Below, one piece after another: positions 1 through 11,185 of a stretch of DNA of 64,000 bases (position 1 is its first letter; each line of letters opens with the position of its first letter). The DNA is from Escherichia coli. Lineage in GTDB: Bacteria > Pseudomonadota > Gammaproteobacteria > Enterobacterales > Enterobacteriaceae. The stretch lies in assembly GCF_002854065.1 (NCBI RefSeq), contig NZ_CP024147.1; one strand, given 5' to 3'. Below the pieces are notes generated by a model, which worked only from the letters and a program-made list of their open reading frames with translations, ran no database searches and was not told the DNA's origin. The translations under genes and the position numbers were made by a program.

Positions 1-451
1 CGGTGGTACGGTATGTCATGAAGACATCTTTCTGACTCCAGGTATCGCCACCAAATTCTGGCAACATATCAGTCCATGAACCAATGTCATAGCCGACACC
101 GTAGTTACGGCCATAGTCCAGAGAGCCAAATTCACTAATTTTTAAACCAGCATAGGCCAGACGGGTCTTGTTGCCGCGCGAGCCGTTGGCTTCATCGTTA
201 TAGCCTTTAAAATCATATTCCCAGTGACCAAAACCAATCATTTGATCATTGATTTGCGTTTCTCCTTTAAAGCCGAGACGGGCATAAGTTTTATCACCAT
301 CGTCACGCTTATCATCAGTAAAATAACGTAGAGCGGTAACCTTGCCATAAAGGTCGAGTTTATTACCATCCTTGTTATAGACTTCGGCAGCGTGTGCTAC
401 GTTCGCAGCTAACAAACCAGTTACAACCACCGCAACTATTTTTAATTTCAT
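1..451 (-). CDS. Outer-membrane porin of the OmpC/OmpN family, N-terminal ~150 codons; the gene runs off the window start
   Basis: Minus-strand translation from the ATG at 451 gives [38 protein letters not shown]...LDYGRNYGV...PEFGGDTW with no stop down to position 1. This is a typical porin signal peptide and first beta-strands. It is absent from the ORF track only because it has no stop inside the window. Confidence 0.6.
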   Translation of the reverse strand, partial: MKLKIVAVVVTGLLAANVAHAAEVYNKDGNKLDLYGKVTALRYFTDDKRDDGDKTYARLGFKGETQINDQMIGFGHWEYDFKGYNDEANGSRGNKTRLAYAGLKISEFGSLDYGRNYGVGYDIGSWTDMLPEFGGDTWSQKDVFMTYRTT

Positions 452-679
452 TTAACAGAATCCTTTTAATTATCGTTAAACGTATTTTCTAAACGAATTT
501 TAAACGGCGTCATTTATAAACGACATACTGTTTTTAAATTAGAATGGTGATTAAAAACAATGAGAAAAATAGATGAAATAATATTATTTATCGATATGTG
601 ATCGAAGTCTAAATGAGATATAAGGTGAATTACTGGTATTTGAAATTTATTTTTTAATATTGTCGGAGTTTATCTGATT

Positions 680-706
680 AATTGCCGGGCCGTAGACCCG
701 GCAATT
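680..706. terminator. Perfect 10-bp-stem hairpin immediately downstream of the yddG stop; possible terminator
   Basis: aattgccggg / cccggcaatt inverted repeat with a 7-nt loop, followed on the plus strand by a T-rich stretch. Lies between the convergent ends of yddG and the porin promoter region. Confidence 0.3.
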
Positions 707-709
707 ATT

Positions 710-1591
710 TTAGCCACGACGTGTCGCCAGCCAGCAGAGCAGGGAACCGCCGCAGACCATCAGCGCGCCTTGCCAGAACGAGAACGACAGCGGGGCGCTG
801 AGCAGCACGGCTGCAAGCGCTGAGGAAAGTACGGGCGTAAAATACGAACCTACCGCCATAATGGTGACGTTGCCATGCAATATACCGACATTCCATGCAG
901 CATAAGCAAATCCTAAGGTAAATGCCGCAGAGATGAGTTTAATTATGACGGGCATGCTAAATACCATTTCTGGTTGTGGCGTGAGAAAATAGTAAACCCA
1001 CAGACTTGCTCCCGTTAGCAGGACAAAAACGGTAATTCCGTTAAATCCGCGTGCGTATTTATTCGTTACTGTGCAGTAGGCTGCCCAGATAAACGCACCA
1101 ATGAACGCCAGGAAATAACTCAATGGGCTGGTGGTGATATTATTGATGATTTCATCATAATGTAACCCATTGTCACCGCCTAACACCCAGCAGACGCCGA
1201 CGAGGGCTAATAATAATCCTGGTACAATCAGCCAGTTGGTTTTCTGACCATTAAACAGAATGGCAAAGAGAATTGTCAGGCTGGGCCACAGATAGTTCAC
1301 CATACCCACTTCAATCGCCTGATGACGGGTCGCCGCATACCCTAAGGAAAGCGCCAGACAGATTTCATAGCTGACGAATAACAGACTCCCGGCGAGTAAA
1401 TAGCCTTTCGGGATTTGCCGAATACGCGGAAATCCAACCGTGAAGATTAACAGCAGCCCGCTTAATGAATAGATAGCAGCTGCGCCACCGACCGGGCCGA
1501 GCCCCTCACTGACACCGCGAATCAATCCTACCATCGTGCTCCACAGGACGATCGCTATTAGCCCTATGAGCGTTGCTTTTTGTCGTGTCAT
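710..1591 (-). CDS. yddG: Aromatic amino acid / metabolite exporter, DMT (EamA) family
   Basis: 293-aa ORF, strongly hydrophobic with about 10 predicted TM segments; position divergent from fdnG as in K-12. Confidence 0.85.
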   Translation of the reverse strand: MTRQKATLIGLIAIVLWSTMVGLIRGVSEGLGPVGGAAAIYSLSGLLLIFTVGFPRIRQIPKGYLLAGSLLFVSYEICLALSLGYAATRHQAIEVGMVNYLWPSLTILFAILFNGQKTNWLIVPGLLLALVGVCWVLGGDNGLHYDEIINNITTSPLSYFLAFIGAFIWAAYCTVTNKYARGFNGITVFVLLTGASLWVYYFLTPQPEMVFSMPVIIKLISAAFTLGFAYAAWNVGILHGNVTIMAVGSYFTPVLSSALAAVLLSAPLSFSFWQGALMVCGGSLLCWLATRRG

Positions 1592-1744
1592 GCTCGCTGT
1601 TTTGTCTCTCTTGCCGTTAAAAATTAAGCTGAATTTTATAGCATTTTTTTAACTGGCCTGTCAGGCAGTGGTGCGTTTTTCTACCGCTATTGAGGTAGGT
1701 CAATTTGCGCAGGCGGATTATTTTGTGGCAAACACGTGTTCTTT

Positions 1745-1758
1745 TTGATTTCGCGCAA
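1745..1758 (+). promoter_or_regulatory. Putative FNR half-site-type box (TTGAT-N4-CGCAA) upstream of fdnG
   Basis: ttgatttcgcgcaa lies about 70 bp upstream of the fdnG ATG. fdnGHI is known to be anaerobically induced via FNR and NarL; the match to TTGAT-N4-ATCAA is partial. Confidence 0.3.
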
Positions 1759-1822
1759 AAAGATTCAGAATTTTACTGTTAGTTTCCTCGCGCAGTAATA
1801 CCCCTGAAAAAAGAGGAAAGCA

Positions 1823-4800
1823 ATGGACGTCAGTCGCAGACAATTTTTTAAAATCTGCGCGGGCGGTATGGCTGGAACAACAGTAGCGGCATTGGGCTTT
1901 GCCCCGAAGCAAGCACTGGCTCAGGCGCGAAACTACAAATTATTACGCGCTAAAGAGATCCGTAACACCTGCACATACTGTTCCGTAGGTTGCGGGCTAT
2001 TGATGTATAGCCTGGGTGATGGCGCGAAAAACGCCAGAGAAGCGATTTATCACATTGAAGGTGACCCGGATCATCCGGTAAGCCGTGGTGCGCTGTGCCC
2101 GAAAGGGGCCGGTTTGCTGGATTACGTCAACAGCGAAAACCGTCTGCGCTACCCGGAATATCGTGCGCCAGGTTCTGACAAATGGCAGCGCATTAGCTGG
2201 GAAGAAGCATTCTCCCGTATTGCGAAGCTGATGAAAGCTGACCGTGACGCTAACTTTATTGAAAAGAACGAGCAGGGTGTAACGGTAAACCGTTGGCTTT
2301 CTACCGGTATGCTGTGTGCCTCCGGTGCCAGCAACGAAACCGGGATGCTGACCCAGAAATTTGCCCGCTCCCTCGGGATGCTGGCGGTAGACAACCAGGC
2401 GCGCGTCTGACACGGACCAACGGTAGCAAGTCTTGCTCCAACATTTGGTCGCGGTGCGATGACCAACCACTGGGTGGATATCAAAAACGCTAACGTCGTG
2501 ATGGTGATGGGCGGTAACGCTGCTGAAGCGCATCCCGTCGGTTTCCGCTGGGCGATGGAAGCGAAAAACAACAACGATGCAACCTTGATCGTTGTCGATC
2601 CCCGTTTTACGCGTACCGCATCTGTGGCGGATATCTACGCGCCTATTCGTTCCGGTACGGACATTACGTTCCTGTCTGGCGTTTTGCGCTACCTGATCGA
2701 AAACAACAAAATCAACGCCGAATACGTTAAGCATTACACCAACGCCAGCCTGCTGGTGCGTGATGATTTTGCTTTCGAAGACGGTCTGTTCAGCGGCTAC
2801 GACGCTGAAAAACGCCAGTACGATAAGTCGTCCTGGAACTATCAGTTCGATGAAAACGGCTATGCAAAACGCGATGAAACACTGACTCATCCGCGCTGTG
2901 TGTGGAACCTGCTGAAAGAGCACGTTTCCCGCTACACGCCGGACGTCGTTGAAAACATCTGCGGTACGCCAAAAGCCGACTTCCTGAAAGTGTGTGAAGT
3001 GCTGGCCTCCACCAGCGCACCGGATCGCACAACCACCTTCCTGTACGCGCTGGGCTGGACGCAGCACACCGTGGGAGCGCAGAACATCCGTACTATGGCG
3101 ATGATCCAGTTGCTGCTCGGTAACATGGGTATGGCCGGTGGCGGCGTGAACGCATTGCGTGGTCACTCCAACATTCAGGGGCTGACTGACTTAGGCCTGC
3201 TCTCTACCAGCCTGCCAGGTTATCTGACGCTGCCGTCAGAAAAACAGGTTGATTTGCAGTCGTATCTGGAAGCGAACACGCCGAAAGCGACGCTGGCTGA
3301 TCAGGTGAACTACTGGAGCAACTATCCGAAGTTCTTCGTTAGCCTGATGAAATCTTTCTATGGCGATGCCGCGCAGAAAGAGAACAACTGGGGCTATGAC
3401 TGGCTGCCGAAGTGGGACCAGACCTACGACGTCATCAAGTATTTCAACATGATGGATGAAGGCAAAGTCACCGGTTATTTCTGCCAGGGCTTTAACCCGG
3501 TTGCGTCCTTCCCGGACAAAAACAAAGTGGTGAGCTGCCTGAGCAAGCTGAAGTACATGGTGGTTATCGATCCGCTGGTGACTGAAACCTCTACCTTCTG
3601 GCAGAACCACGGCGAGTCGAACGATGTCGATCCGGCGTCTATTCAGACTGAAGTATTCCGTCTGCCTTCGACCTGCTTTGCTGAAGAGGATGGTTCTATC
3701 GCTAACTCCGGTCGCTGGTTGCAGTGGCACTGGAAAGGTCAGGACGCGCCGGGCGAAGCGCGTAACGACGGCGAAATTCTGGCGGGTATCTACCATCATC
3801 TGCGCGAGTTGTACCAGGCCGAAGGTGGTAAAGGCGTAGAACCGCTGATGAAGATGAGCTGGAACTACAAGCAGCCGCACGAACCGCAATCTGACGAAGT
3901 AGCTAAAGAGAACAACGGCTATGCGCTGGAAGATCTCTATGATGCTAATGGCGTGCTGATTGCGAAGAAAGGTCAGTTGCTGAGTAGCTTTGCGCATCTG
4001 CGTGATGACGGTACAACCGCATCTTCTTGCTGGATCTACACCGGTAGCTGGACAGAGCAGGGCAACCAGATGGCTAACCGCGATAACTCCGACCCGTCTG
4101 GTCTGGGGAATACGCTGGGATGGGCCTGGGCGTGGCCGCTCAACCGTCGCGTGCTGTACAACCGTGCTTCGGCGGATATCAACGGTAAACCGTGGGATCC
4201 GAAACGGATGCTGATCCAGTGGAACGGCAGCAAGTGGACGGGTAACGATATTCCTGACTTCGGCAATGCCGCACCGGGTACGCCAACCGGGCCGTTTATC
4301 ATGCAGCCGGAAGGGATGGGACGCCTGTTTGCCATCAACAAAATGGCGGAAGGTCCGTTCCCGGAACACTACGAGCCGATTGAAACGCCGCTGGGCACTA
4401 ACCCGCTGCATCCGAACGTGGTGTCTAACCCGGTTGTTCGTCTGTATGAACAAGACGCACTGCGGATGGGTAAAAAAGAGCAGTTCCCGTATGTGGGTAC
4501 GACCTATCGTCTGACCGAGCACTTCCACACCTGGACCAAGCACGCCTTGCTCAACGCAATTGCTCAGCCGGAACAGTTTGTGGAAATCAGCGAAACGCTG
4601 GCGGCGGCGAAAGGCATTAATAATGGCGATCGTGTCACTGTCTCCAGCAAGCGTGGATTTATCCGCGCGGTGGCTGTGGTAACGCGCCGTCTGAAGCCGC
4701 TGAATGTAAACGGTCAGCAGGTTGAAACGGTGGGTATTCCAATCCACTGGGGCTTTGAGGGTGTCGCGCGTAAAGGTTATATCGCTAACACTCTGACGCC

Positions 4801-4870
4801 GAATGTCGGTGATGCAAACTCGCAAACGCCGGAATATAAAGCGTTCTTAGTCAACATCGAGAAGGCGTAA
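1823..4870 (+). CDS. fdnG: Formate dehydrogenase-N alpha subunit (molybdopterin, selenocysteine-containing); in-frame UGA at 2408..2410 read as Sec
   Basis: Two ORF-track pieces (1823..2410 and 2459..4870) are in the same frame, separated only by TGA. The N-terminus has a twin-arginine motif (SRRQFFK) and the Cys cluster CTYCSVGCG. Combined length is 1015 codons plus stop. Confidence 0.95.
2408..2450 (+). other. Selenocysteine UGA codon plus downstream SECIS-type region
   Basis: TGA at 2408..2410 is followed by cacggaccaacggtagcaagtcttgctccaac, which can form a short stem-loop (gcaag/cttgc) in the position expected for a bacterial SECIS. Exact structure not verified. Confidence 0.55.
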
Positions 4871-4882
4871 GGGGGCGAACAG

Positions 4883-5767
4883 ATGGCTATGGAAACGCAG
4901 GACATTATCAAAAGGTCCGCAACTAACTCCATCACGCCGCCTTCTCAGGTGCGTGATTACAAAGCAGAAGTCGCAAAACTTATCGACGTTTCCACCTGTA
5001 TCGGCTGTAAAGCCTGTCAGGTGGCGTGTTCGGAGTGGAACGACATCCGTGATGAAGTGGGGCACTGCGTCGGGGTTTACGATAACCCCGCCGATCTGAG
5101 CGCCAAGTCCTGGACGGTGATGCGCTTTAGCGAAACCGAACAGAACGGCAAGCTGGAGTGGCTGATCCGTAAAGACGGCTGTATGCACTGTGAAGATCCA
5201 GGCTGCCTGAAGGCGTGCCCGTCTGCTGGTGCAATCATTCAGTACGCTAACGGGATTGTCGATTTCCAGTCGGAAAACTGCATCGGCTGTGGTTACTGCA
5301 TTGCCGGGTGTCCGTTTAATATTCCGCGCCTCAACAAAGAGGATAACCGGGTATATAAATGCACGCTCTGCGTCGATCGCGTCAGCGTCGGCCAGGAACC
5401 GGCTTGTGTGAAAACCTGTCCGACCGGGGCTATCCACTTCGGCACCAAGAAGGAGATGCTGGAGCTGGCGGAACAGCGCGTGGCGAAACTGAAAGCGCGT
5501 GGTTACGAACATGCTGGCGTCTACAACCCGGAAGGGGTCGGTGGTACGCACGTTATGTACGTGCTGCATCACGCCGATCAGCCGGAGCTGTATCACGGTC
5601 TGCCGAAAGATCCGAAGATCGACACCTCGGTAAGCCTGTGGAAAGGCGCGTTGAAACCGCTGGCAGCGGCTGGCTTTATTGCCACTTTTGCAGGGTTGAT
5701 TTTCCATTACATCGGTATTGGCCCGAATAAGGAAGTGGACGATGACGAGGAGGATCATCATGAGTAA
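4883..5767 (+). CDS. fdnH: Formate dehydrogenase-N beta subunit (4x [4Fe-4S] ferredoxin-like, C-terminal TM anchor)
   Basis: 294-aa ORF with multiple CxxCxxCxxxCP motifs; starts 13 bp after fdnG stop. Confidence 0.95.
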   Translation: MAMETQDIIKRSATNSITPPSQVRDYKAEVAKLIDVSTCIGCKACQVACSEWNDIRDEVGHCVGVYDNPADLSAKSWTVMRFSETEQNGKLEWLIRKDGCMHCEDPGCLKACPSAGAIIQYANGIVDFQSENCIGCGYCIAGCPFNIPRLNKEDNRVYKCTLCVDRVSVGQEPACVKTCPTGAIHFGTKKEMLELAEQRVAKLKARGYEHAGVYNPEGVGGTHVMYVLHHADQPELYHGLPKDPKIDTSVSLWKGALKPLAAAGFIATFAGLIFHYIGIGPNKEVDDDEEDHHE

Positions 5768-6413
5768 GTCGAAAATGATTGTGCGCACCAAATTTATTGA
5801 TCGCGCCTGTCACTGGACCGTGGTGATTTGCTTCTTCCTGGTGGCGCTGTCCGGGATTTCGTTCTTCTTCCCGACGCTGCAATGGCTGACGCAAACCTTC
5901 GGTACGCCGCAGATGGGACGTATTTTGCACCCATTCTTCGGCATTGCGATTTTCGTCGCACTGATGTTTATGTTTGTGCGTTTTGTGCATCACAACATCC
6001 CGGATAAGAAAGATATTCCGTGGCTGTTGAACATTGTCGAAGTATTAAAAGGCAATGAGCACAAAGTGGCGGATGTCGGTAAGTACAACGCCGGGCAAAA
6101 GATGATGTTCTGGTCGATCATGAGCATGATTTTCGTGCTGTTGGTGACCGGGGTGATTATCTGGCGTCCGTACTTTGCGCAGTACTTCCCGATGCAGGTT
6201 GTCCGTTATAGCCTGCTGATCCACGCGGCTGCCGGTATCATCCTGATCCACGCCATCCTGATCCATATGTATATGGCATTCTGGGTGAAAGGATCGATTA
6301 AAGGGATGATCGAAGGGAATGTGAGCCGTCTCTGGGCGAAGAAACACCATCCGCGCTGGTATCGTGAAATCGAGAAGGCAGAAGCGAAAAAAGAGAGTGA
6401 AGAAGGGATATAA
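5760..6413 (+). CDS. fdnI: Formate dehydrogenase-N gamma subunit (cytochrome b556)
   Basis: Start chosen at ATG 5760 ([19 protein letters not shown]...), giving 217 aa. It overlaps the fdnH stop (ATGAGTAA). Hydrophobic, His-rich heme-binding helices. Confidence 0.9.
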   Translation: MSKSKMIVRTKFIDRACHWTVVICFFLVALSGISFFFPTLQWLTQTFGTPQMGRILHPFFGIAIFVALMFMFVRFVHHNIPDKKDIPWLLNIVEVLKGNEHKVADVGKYNAGQKMMFWSIMSMIFVLLVTGVIIWRPYFAQYFPMQVVRYSLLIHAAAGIILIHAILIHMYMAFWVKGSIKGMIEGNVSRLWAKKHHPRWYREIEKAEAKKESEEGI

Positions 6414-6434
6414 TCTCTATTGAACTTTAAGCTG

Positions 6435-6466
6435 AAAATGGCGCTGTAAGAAGCGCCATTTTCATA
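6435..6466 (+). terminator. Rho-independent terminator of fdnGHI
   Basis: aaatggcgc-tgtaagaa-gcgccattt hairpin followed by ttcat T-run, 22 bp after the fdnI stop. Confidence 0.55.
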
Positions 6467-6469
6467 TTG

Positions 6470-6600
6470 TAGACAACGTAGGCTTTGTTCATGCCGGATG
6501 CGGCGTGAACGCCTTATCCGGCCTACAAACCGTTCAAATCCAATAGATTGCAGTGAACATGTAGGCCTGATAAGCGTAGAGCATCAGGCAATGTTGCATT
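6470..6600. repeat. REP/BIME-type extragenic palindromic repeats
   Basis: gccggatgcggcgtgaacgccttatccggcctac and gtaggcctgataagcgtagagcatcaggc are classic REP consensus-like palindromes in inverted orientation. Confidence 0.6.
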
Positions 6601-6640
6601 TGTCATCAGTTTCAAATGGCGCTTTATAAGGTGCCATTTT

Positions 6641-6925
6641 TTATTGCGTAACCAGACGGCGTAATCGCGACACATCCACCGTTTTTTCAGCCTCTGCCAG
6701 ACTCCAGGCGTTTTGCAGATTCAGCCACATTTGCGGCGAACTGCCGATCACCACGGAAAGTTTAATTGCCATTTCTGGCGTCAAAGCTGCTTTTCCGGTC
6801 AGCAATCGGCTTGCCGTTGAGGGCGCAATTTCCATTGCTCTGGCAAACTCGCGCAGGCTGACATTAAGTTCGTCCAGTGATTCCTGAATAATGTCCCCCG
6901 GGCGGGGATGATTGGCCATTTTCAT
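6641..6925 (-). CDS. yddM: HigA-like HTH (XRE-family) antitoxin-type regulator
   Basis: 94-aa ORF; HTH region [34 protein letters not shown]. Start ATG overlaps the stop of the upstream toxin ORF (ATGA). Confidence 0.8.
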
Positions 6926-7203
6926 CAGTGATAGTCCTCGTAATCCAGTATGTATGCATCGCCATTGACGAATTCAAATGTGATTCGCCAGTTGCCCGAG
7001 ACAGATATCGCCCAAATTCCATCGCGATCGCCGCTTAACGGGTGTAGTCGGTAACCGGGCATATCGATATCAGCAAGACAGCTTGCTGCATCAATCACAG
7101 CGAGTCGGTGGCGTAATCGTTTGACTTGCGTCGGTATAACGCCGGAGGTTTTGCCGAGAAGAAACAAGTCACGCAATCCCTTGTGTCTGAAATTCATTAT
7201 CAT
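6925..7203 (-). CDS. HigB-family (RelE/ParE superfamily) mRNA-interferase toxin, intact 92-aa ORF
   Basis: [22 protein letters not shown]...[40 protein letters not shown] matches my recollection of HigB (plasmid Rts1 killer protein) along its whole length, including the C-terminal GDAYIL-YEDYH. AAGGA ribosome-binding site upstream; toxin-first arrangement typical of higBA. Confidence 0.75.
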
Positions 7204-7215
7204 CTCTTCATCCTT

Positions 7216-7232
7216 GTTCCCTCGAAAGGAAC
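7216..7232. promoter_or_regulatory. Palindrome GTTCC-N7-GGAAC just upstream of the toxin ORF; candidate operator
   Basis: gttccctcgaaaggaac perfect 5-bp inverted repeat 13 bp upstream of the toxin start. Confidence 0.35.
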
Positions 7233-7388
7233 ACTATCACTATTGTTCCGTGCAGCGCAACAAATTTCGCTACGTTTTCGCGAATTGTGAGGGGAAAGAT
7301 GGCGGAGGAAAAGAAGAAGAATGAAATTGCGGAAAGCGTCTCGCAAAACAGGCTGCGACCCGAACATGGGAGTCGCAGCAAAGGCCTC

Positions 7389-8399
7389 TTAGCGACGGAA
7401 ATCAATCACCATACGGGCACGGATTTTGCCTTCTTCCATCTCGGTAAAGATGGTGTTGATGTCCGCTAACGGACGCAGGGCGACTTTCGGCACCACTTTG
7501 CCTTCGGCCGCAAACTGGAAGGCTTCGGTTAGATCCTGGCGCGTGCCGACCAGCGAACCGACCACTTCAATACCATCCAGCACAAGGCGTGGGATGTCCA
7601 GGCTCATAGATTCCAGCGGTAGACCGACAGCCACAACACGACCGCCTGCACGGACAGCATCAACTGCCGAGTTAAACGCCGCTTTAGCTACCGCTGTCAC
7701 CACCGCGGCGTGAGCGCCACCGGTTTTATCCTGCACAATTTTGGCGGCGTCTTCGGTGCGTGAGTTAATCGCTAAATCTGCGCCCATTTCGGTTGCCAGT
7801 TTTAACTGCTCATCATTGACATCAATGGCGATCACTTTCGCGTTAAAGACATTCTTCGCGTATTGCAGGGCGAGGTTACCCAGACCGCCAAGACCGTAGA
7901 TAGCAATCCACTGACCGGGACGAATTTTTGACAGTTTAACGGCTTTGTAGGTGGTGACCCCCGCACAGGTAATGCTGCTGGCCGCCGCCGAGTCCAGACC
8001 ATCTGGCACTTTTACCGCGTAATCGGCGACCACGATGCACTCTTCCGCCATCCCGCCATCAACGCTGTATCCGGCATTTTTAACTGAACGGCAGAGCGTT
8101 TCGTTACCACTGTTACAGTATTCGCAATGACCGCATCCTTCGTAAAACCACGCCACGCTGGCACGATCGCCTGGTTTTAATGAAGTAACACCAGGGCCAA
8201 CTTCTGCCACCACACCGATGCCTTCATGGCCCAGAATTACGCCAGTTTTGTCACCAAAATCGCCATTCTTAACATGAAGATCGGTATGACATACACCACA
8301 ACACTCCATTTTCAGCAGGGCTTCGCCATGTTTCAGTGAGCGCAGTGTTTTATCCGTAACGTCAACATGATGATCCTTCGTAACAACTGCAGCCTTCAT
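7389..8399 (-). CDS. adhP: Zn-dependent alcohol dehydrogenase, propanol-preferring
   Basis: Start taken at [11 protein letters not shown] (336 aa). GHEGIGVV and CGHCEYC zinc-ADH motifs. Confidence 0.9.
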   Translation of the reverse strand: MKAAVVTKDHHVDVTDKTLRSLKHGEALLKMECCGVCHTDLHVKNGDFGDKTGVILGHEGIGVVAEVGPGVTSLKPGDRASVAWFYEGCGHCEYCNSGNETLCRSVKNAGYSVDGGMAEECIVVADYAVKVPDGLDSAAASSITCAGVTTYKAVKLSKIRPGQWIAIYGLGGLGNLALQYAKNVFNAKVIAIDVNDEQLKLATEMGADLAINSRTEDAAKIVQDKTGGAHAAVVTAVAKAAFNSAVDAVRAGGRVVAVGLPLESMSLDIPRLVLDGIEVVGSLVGTRQDLTEAFQFAAEGKVVPKVALRPLADINTIFTEMEEGKIRARMVIDFRR

Positions 8400-8532
8400 A
8401 GTTCCTCCTTTTCGGATGATGTTCTGCATAGCAGGTGAGGCAAATGAGATTTATTCGCCACTACCCAGTATGGATGAGATCTGAAAAAGGGAGAGGGAAA
8501 TAGCCCGGTAGCCTTCACTACCGGGCGCAGGC

Positions 8533-10230
8533 TTAGATGGAGGTACGGCGGTAGTCGCGGTATTCGGCTTGCCAGAAATTATCGTCAATGGCTTGTTGCA
8601 AAGCTTCGGCAGACGTTTTCACCGCCACGCCTTGCTGCTGCGCCATTTTGCCAACCGCAAACGCAATTGCGCGGGAGACTTTCTGAATATCTTTTAGTTC
8701 CGGTAGTACCAGACCTTCGCCGTTCAGCACCAATGGTGAATACTGCGCCAGCGTCTCACTTGCCGACATCAGCATCTCATCGGTGATACGTGACGCGCCG
8801 GAAGCAATAACACCCAGCCCGATGCCTGGGAAAATAAAGGCGTTGTTACACTGGGCGATAGGGTAGATTTTATCTTTCCATACCACTGGATTAAACGGGC
8901 TGCCCGTGGCGACCAGCGCGTTACCTTCGGTCCAGGCGATAATGTCCTGCGGTGTGGCTTCCACGCGTGACGTCGGGTTAGACAGTGGCATCACGATCGG
9001 ACGCGGACAGTGTTTATGCATCTCACGGATGATCTCTTCCGTAAACAGCCCGGTCTGTCCTGAGACGCCAATCAGAATATCTGGTTTTACATTGCGCACC
9101 ACATCCAGCAGTGACAACACATCGCTGTCGGTATCCCAGTCACTGAGGTTTTCGCGCTTCTGCACCAGTTTGGTCTGGAAAGGCAGCAGGTTCGGCATCT
9201 TGTCGGTCAGCAAGCCAAAGCGATCGACCATAAAGACTTTCTGCCGCGCCGCTTCCTCGCTTAATCCTTCGCGCTGGGTCTGGGCGATGATCATTTCGGC
9301 AATGCCGCATCCCGCTGAACCTGCGCCAAGGAAGACGATTTTTTTCTCGCTTAACTGACCACCTGCCGCGCGGCTTGCTGCGATCAGGGTGCCGACTGTT
9401 ACCGCCGCAGTGCCCTGAATGTCATCGTTAAAGGAACAAATTTCATTGCGATAGCGGTTAAGTAACGGCATCGCATTTTTTTGTGCGAAGTCTTCAAACT
9501 GCAACAGCACGTCCGGCCAGCGTTGTTTCACAGCCTGGATAAATTCATCAACGAATTCATAGTATTCGTCGTCAGTGATACGCGGATTACGCCAGCCCAT
9601 ATACAGCGGATCGTTAAGCAGCTGTTGGTTGTTGGTGCCGACATCCAGCACCACCGGAAGGGTATACGCCGGGCTGATGCCGCCACAGGCGGTATAGAGC
9701 GACAGTTTACCGATCGGAATGCCCATCCCGCCGATGCCCTGGTCACCAAGCCCCAGAATACGTTCACCGTCAGTCACCACAATCACTTTAATATTATGGT
9801 TCGGCACGTTTTGCAGAATATCGTCCATATTGTGGCGGTTCTGGTAAGAGATAAACACGCCGCGTGAACGGCGGTAGATCTCAGAAAAACGCTCACAGGC
9901 TGCGCCGACGGTTGGGGTATAAATAACAGGCATCATCTCATCAAGATGATTGTTTACCAGACGGTAGAAGAGGGTTTCGTTGGTGTCCTGGATGTTACGC
10001 AGGTAGATGTGTTTGTCGATTTCGGTTTTGAATCCCTGATACTGGATCCATGCTCGTTCCGCTTGTTCTTCGATGGTTTCGACCACTTCCGGCAGTAACC
10101 CCAGCAGGTTGAAGTTACGGCGTTCTTCCATGCTGAAGGCACTGCCTTTATTCAACAACGGAAATTCCAGCAGTACAGGGCCAGCGTAAGGGATATAAAG
10201 CGAACGCTGTTTTTTTGTTTTTGGTTCCAT
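8533..10230 (-). CDS. maeA: NAD-dependent malic enzyme
   Basis: Start taken at [18 protein letters not shown] (565 aa); malic enzyme family motifs present. Confidence 0.9.
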   Translation of the reverse strand: MEPKTKKQRSLYIPYAGPVLLEFPLLNKGSAFSMEERRNFNLLGLLPEVVETIEEQAERAWIQYQGFKTEIDKHIYLRNIQDTNETLFYRLVNNHLDEMMPVIYTPTVGAACERFSEIYRRSRGVFISYQNRHNMDDILQNVPNHNIKVIVVTDGERILGLGDQGIGGMGIPIGKLSLYTACGGISPAYTLPVVLDVGTNNQQLLNDPLYMGWRNPRITDDEYYEFVDEFIQAVKQRWPDVLLQFEDFAQKNAMPLLNRYRNEICSFNDDIQGTAAVTVGTLIAASRAAGGQLSEKKIVFLGAGSAGCGIAEMIIAQTQREGLSEEAARQKVFMVDRFGLLTDKMPNLLPFQTKLVQKRENLSDWDTDSDVLSLLDVVRNVKPDILIGVSGQTGLFTEEIIREMHKHCPRPIVMPLSNPTSRVEATPQDIIAWTEGNALVATGSPFNPVVWKDKIYPIAQCNNAFIFPGIGLGVIASGASRITDEMLMSASETLAQYSPLVLNGEGLVLPELKDIQKVSRAIAFAVGKMAQQQGVAVKTSAEALQQAIDDNFWQAEYRDYRRTSI

Positions 10231-10320
10231 GTCACTCACTCTTTTTTGAATATCCATCCCTGGGGGCTTTTATCGTCTTTGCTTTACCGCCAGGGCGTCG
10301 GCCCCAAGTATAAAGCAGAT

Positions 10321-10355
10321 AAAAACAAAAACACCATTGCGCAGGCAATGGTGTT
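10321..10355 (-). terminator. Rho-independent terminator of sra
   Basis: On the minus strand: acaccattgc-ctgcgc-gcaatggtgt hairpin followed by UUUUUGUUUUU. Confidence 0.5.
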
Positions 10356-10385
10356 TAATCGTCATTGAGGACTGATGGTTATGAA

Positions 10386-10523
10386 TTACTTTTCAGCGGG
10401 GCGTTTTCTGCCGGTTGGGTTATTTACCACGCTAGATTTGTCACCTTCGGTAACTATTTTGCGCTGGTTAGATATTTTATGGTCCAGTCCAAGAATATGA
10501 CGTGCCTGACGGTTCGATTTCAT
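10386..10523 (-). CDS. sra: Stationary-phase ribosome-associated protein (30S protein S22), 45 aa
   Basis: Minus-strand translation [45 protein letters not shown]. Below the 60-aa ORF-track cutoff, so read by hand. Confidence 0.85.
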
Positions 10524-10624
10524 TTTAACTCCTCAATCCTGTTGCTAGTTTTAAGGACAACATCGCCGTAGCGAAGAAACACGTGCTAAACCCCTAAATT
10601 AGGTTGCCGATCAAGCATAGCACC

Positions 10625-10840
10625 TTAAAGCGTAGGGTGCTGGCCACTGACCACATAATTGATCGTTTGCTGGTAGATATCACTGAGGATGTCGTTATCA
10701 GAAGCTTCCACCCATTTGGTCAGCTCCATGAGAATGTCATCTTCAGTGACAACACCGTGCTCTGCCAGAAGGCCTTGCTCAATGGCATTAACCAGAGCGG
10801 GTTCTGCTGTTGAATTTTCTGCCTGATAATAAGTAAACAT
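10625..10840 (-). CDS. bdm: Biofilm-dependent modulation protein, 71 aa
   Basis: Start taken at MFTYYQAENSTAEP within the 92-aa track ORF. Confidence 0.8.
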   Translation of the reverse strand: MFTYYQAENSTAEPALVNAIEQGLLAEHGVVTEDDILMELTKWVEASDNDILSDIYQQTINYVVSGQHPTL

Positions 10841-11185
10841 AGTGATTCTCCGTGTCTGTGTATTTATGGTGTCTGCTACGGATCGCAGATTTATAAAGCA
10901 CATTCAGCATGGCAAATATTTGCCGCTTCGTTGTTGAGATTAGTCCTGGTTGATGATTTTTATATTTTAACCCTATGATATTGATAGGTATTATTATTGT
11001 GGTGAGTTGATTGATATTGATGCAATATCTCTTGAGATATATATTCCCGGTTATCTATTGTGGGAATTTAATTTAAGTGCAGAAGTAATATTTTCTGCCG
11101 GATTTTATTCGGAATATCCTGCTTATCCTCGTGCTGTTTCTCACGTAGTCTATAATTTCCTTTTTAAGCCCACAGGAGAGCAACA
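10841..11185. promoter_or_regulatory. AT-rich divergent bdm/osmC promoter region
   Basis: 345-bp AT-rich intergenic region between divergent bdm and osmC. osmC is known to have tandem stress-responsive promoters here; individual sites not resolved. Confidence 0.4.

Noticed and set aside
1997-4825. Long minus-strand ORFs (389 aa at 1997..3166, 529 aa at 3236..4825) antisense to fdnG
   Set aside because: They lie wholly inside the well-supported fdnG frame and their translations are Arg/His-rich low-complexity with no recognisable domains; these are typical antisense shadow ORFs.
4847-5791. 314-aa minus-strand ORF antisense to fdnH
   Set aside because: Fully overlapped by fdnH, which has clear ferredoxin motifs; no start context and no domain signal.
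6600-6640. Second terminator-like hairpin (aatggcgc…gtgccatt plus a T6 run) just before the yddM stop
   Set aside because: The stem is imperfect and it is oriented for plus-strand transcripts that should already have terminated at 6435..6466. Possibly a backup terminator or part of the REP cluster; not called as a separate feature.
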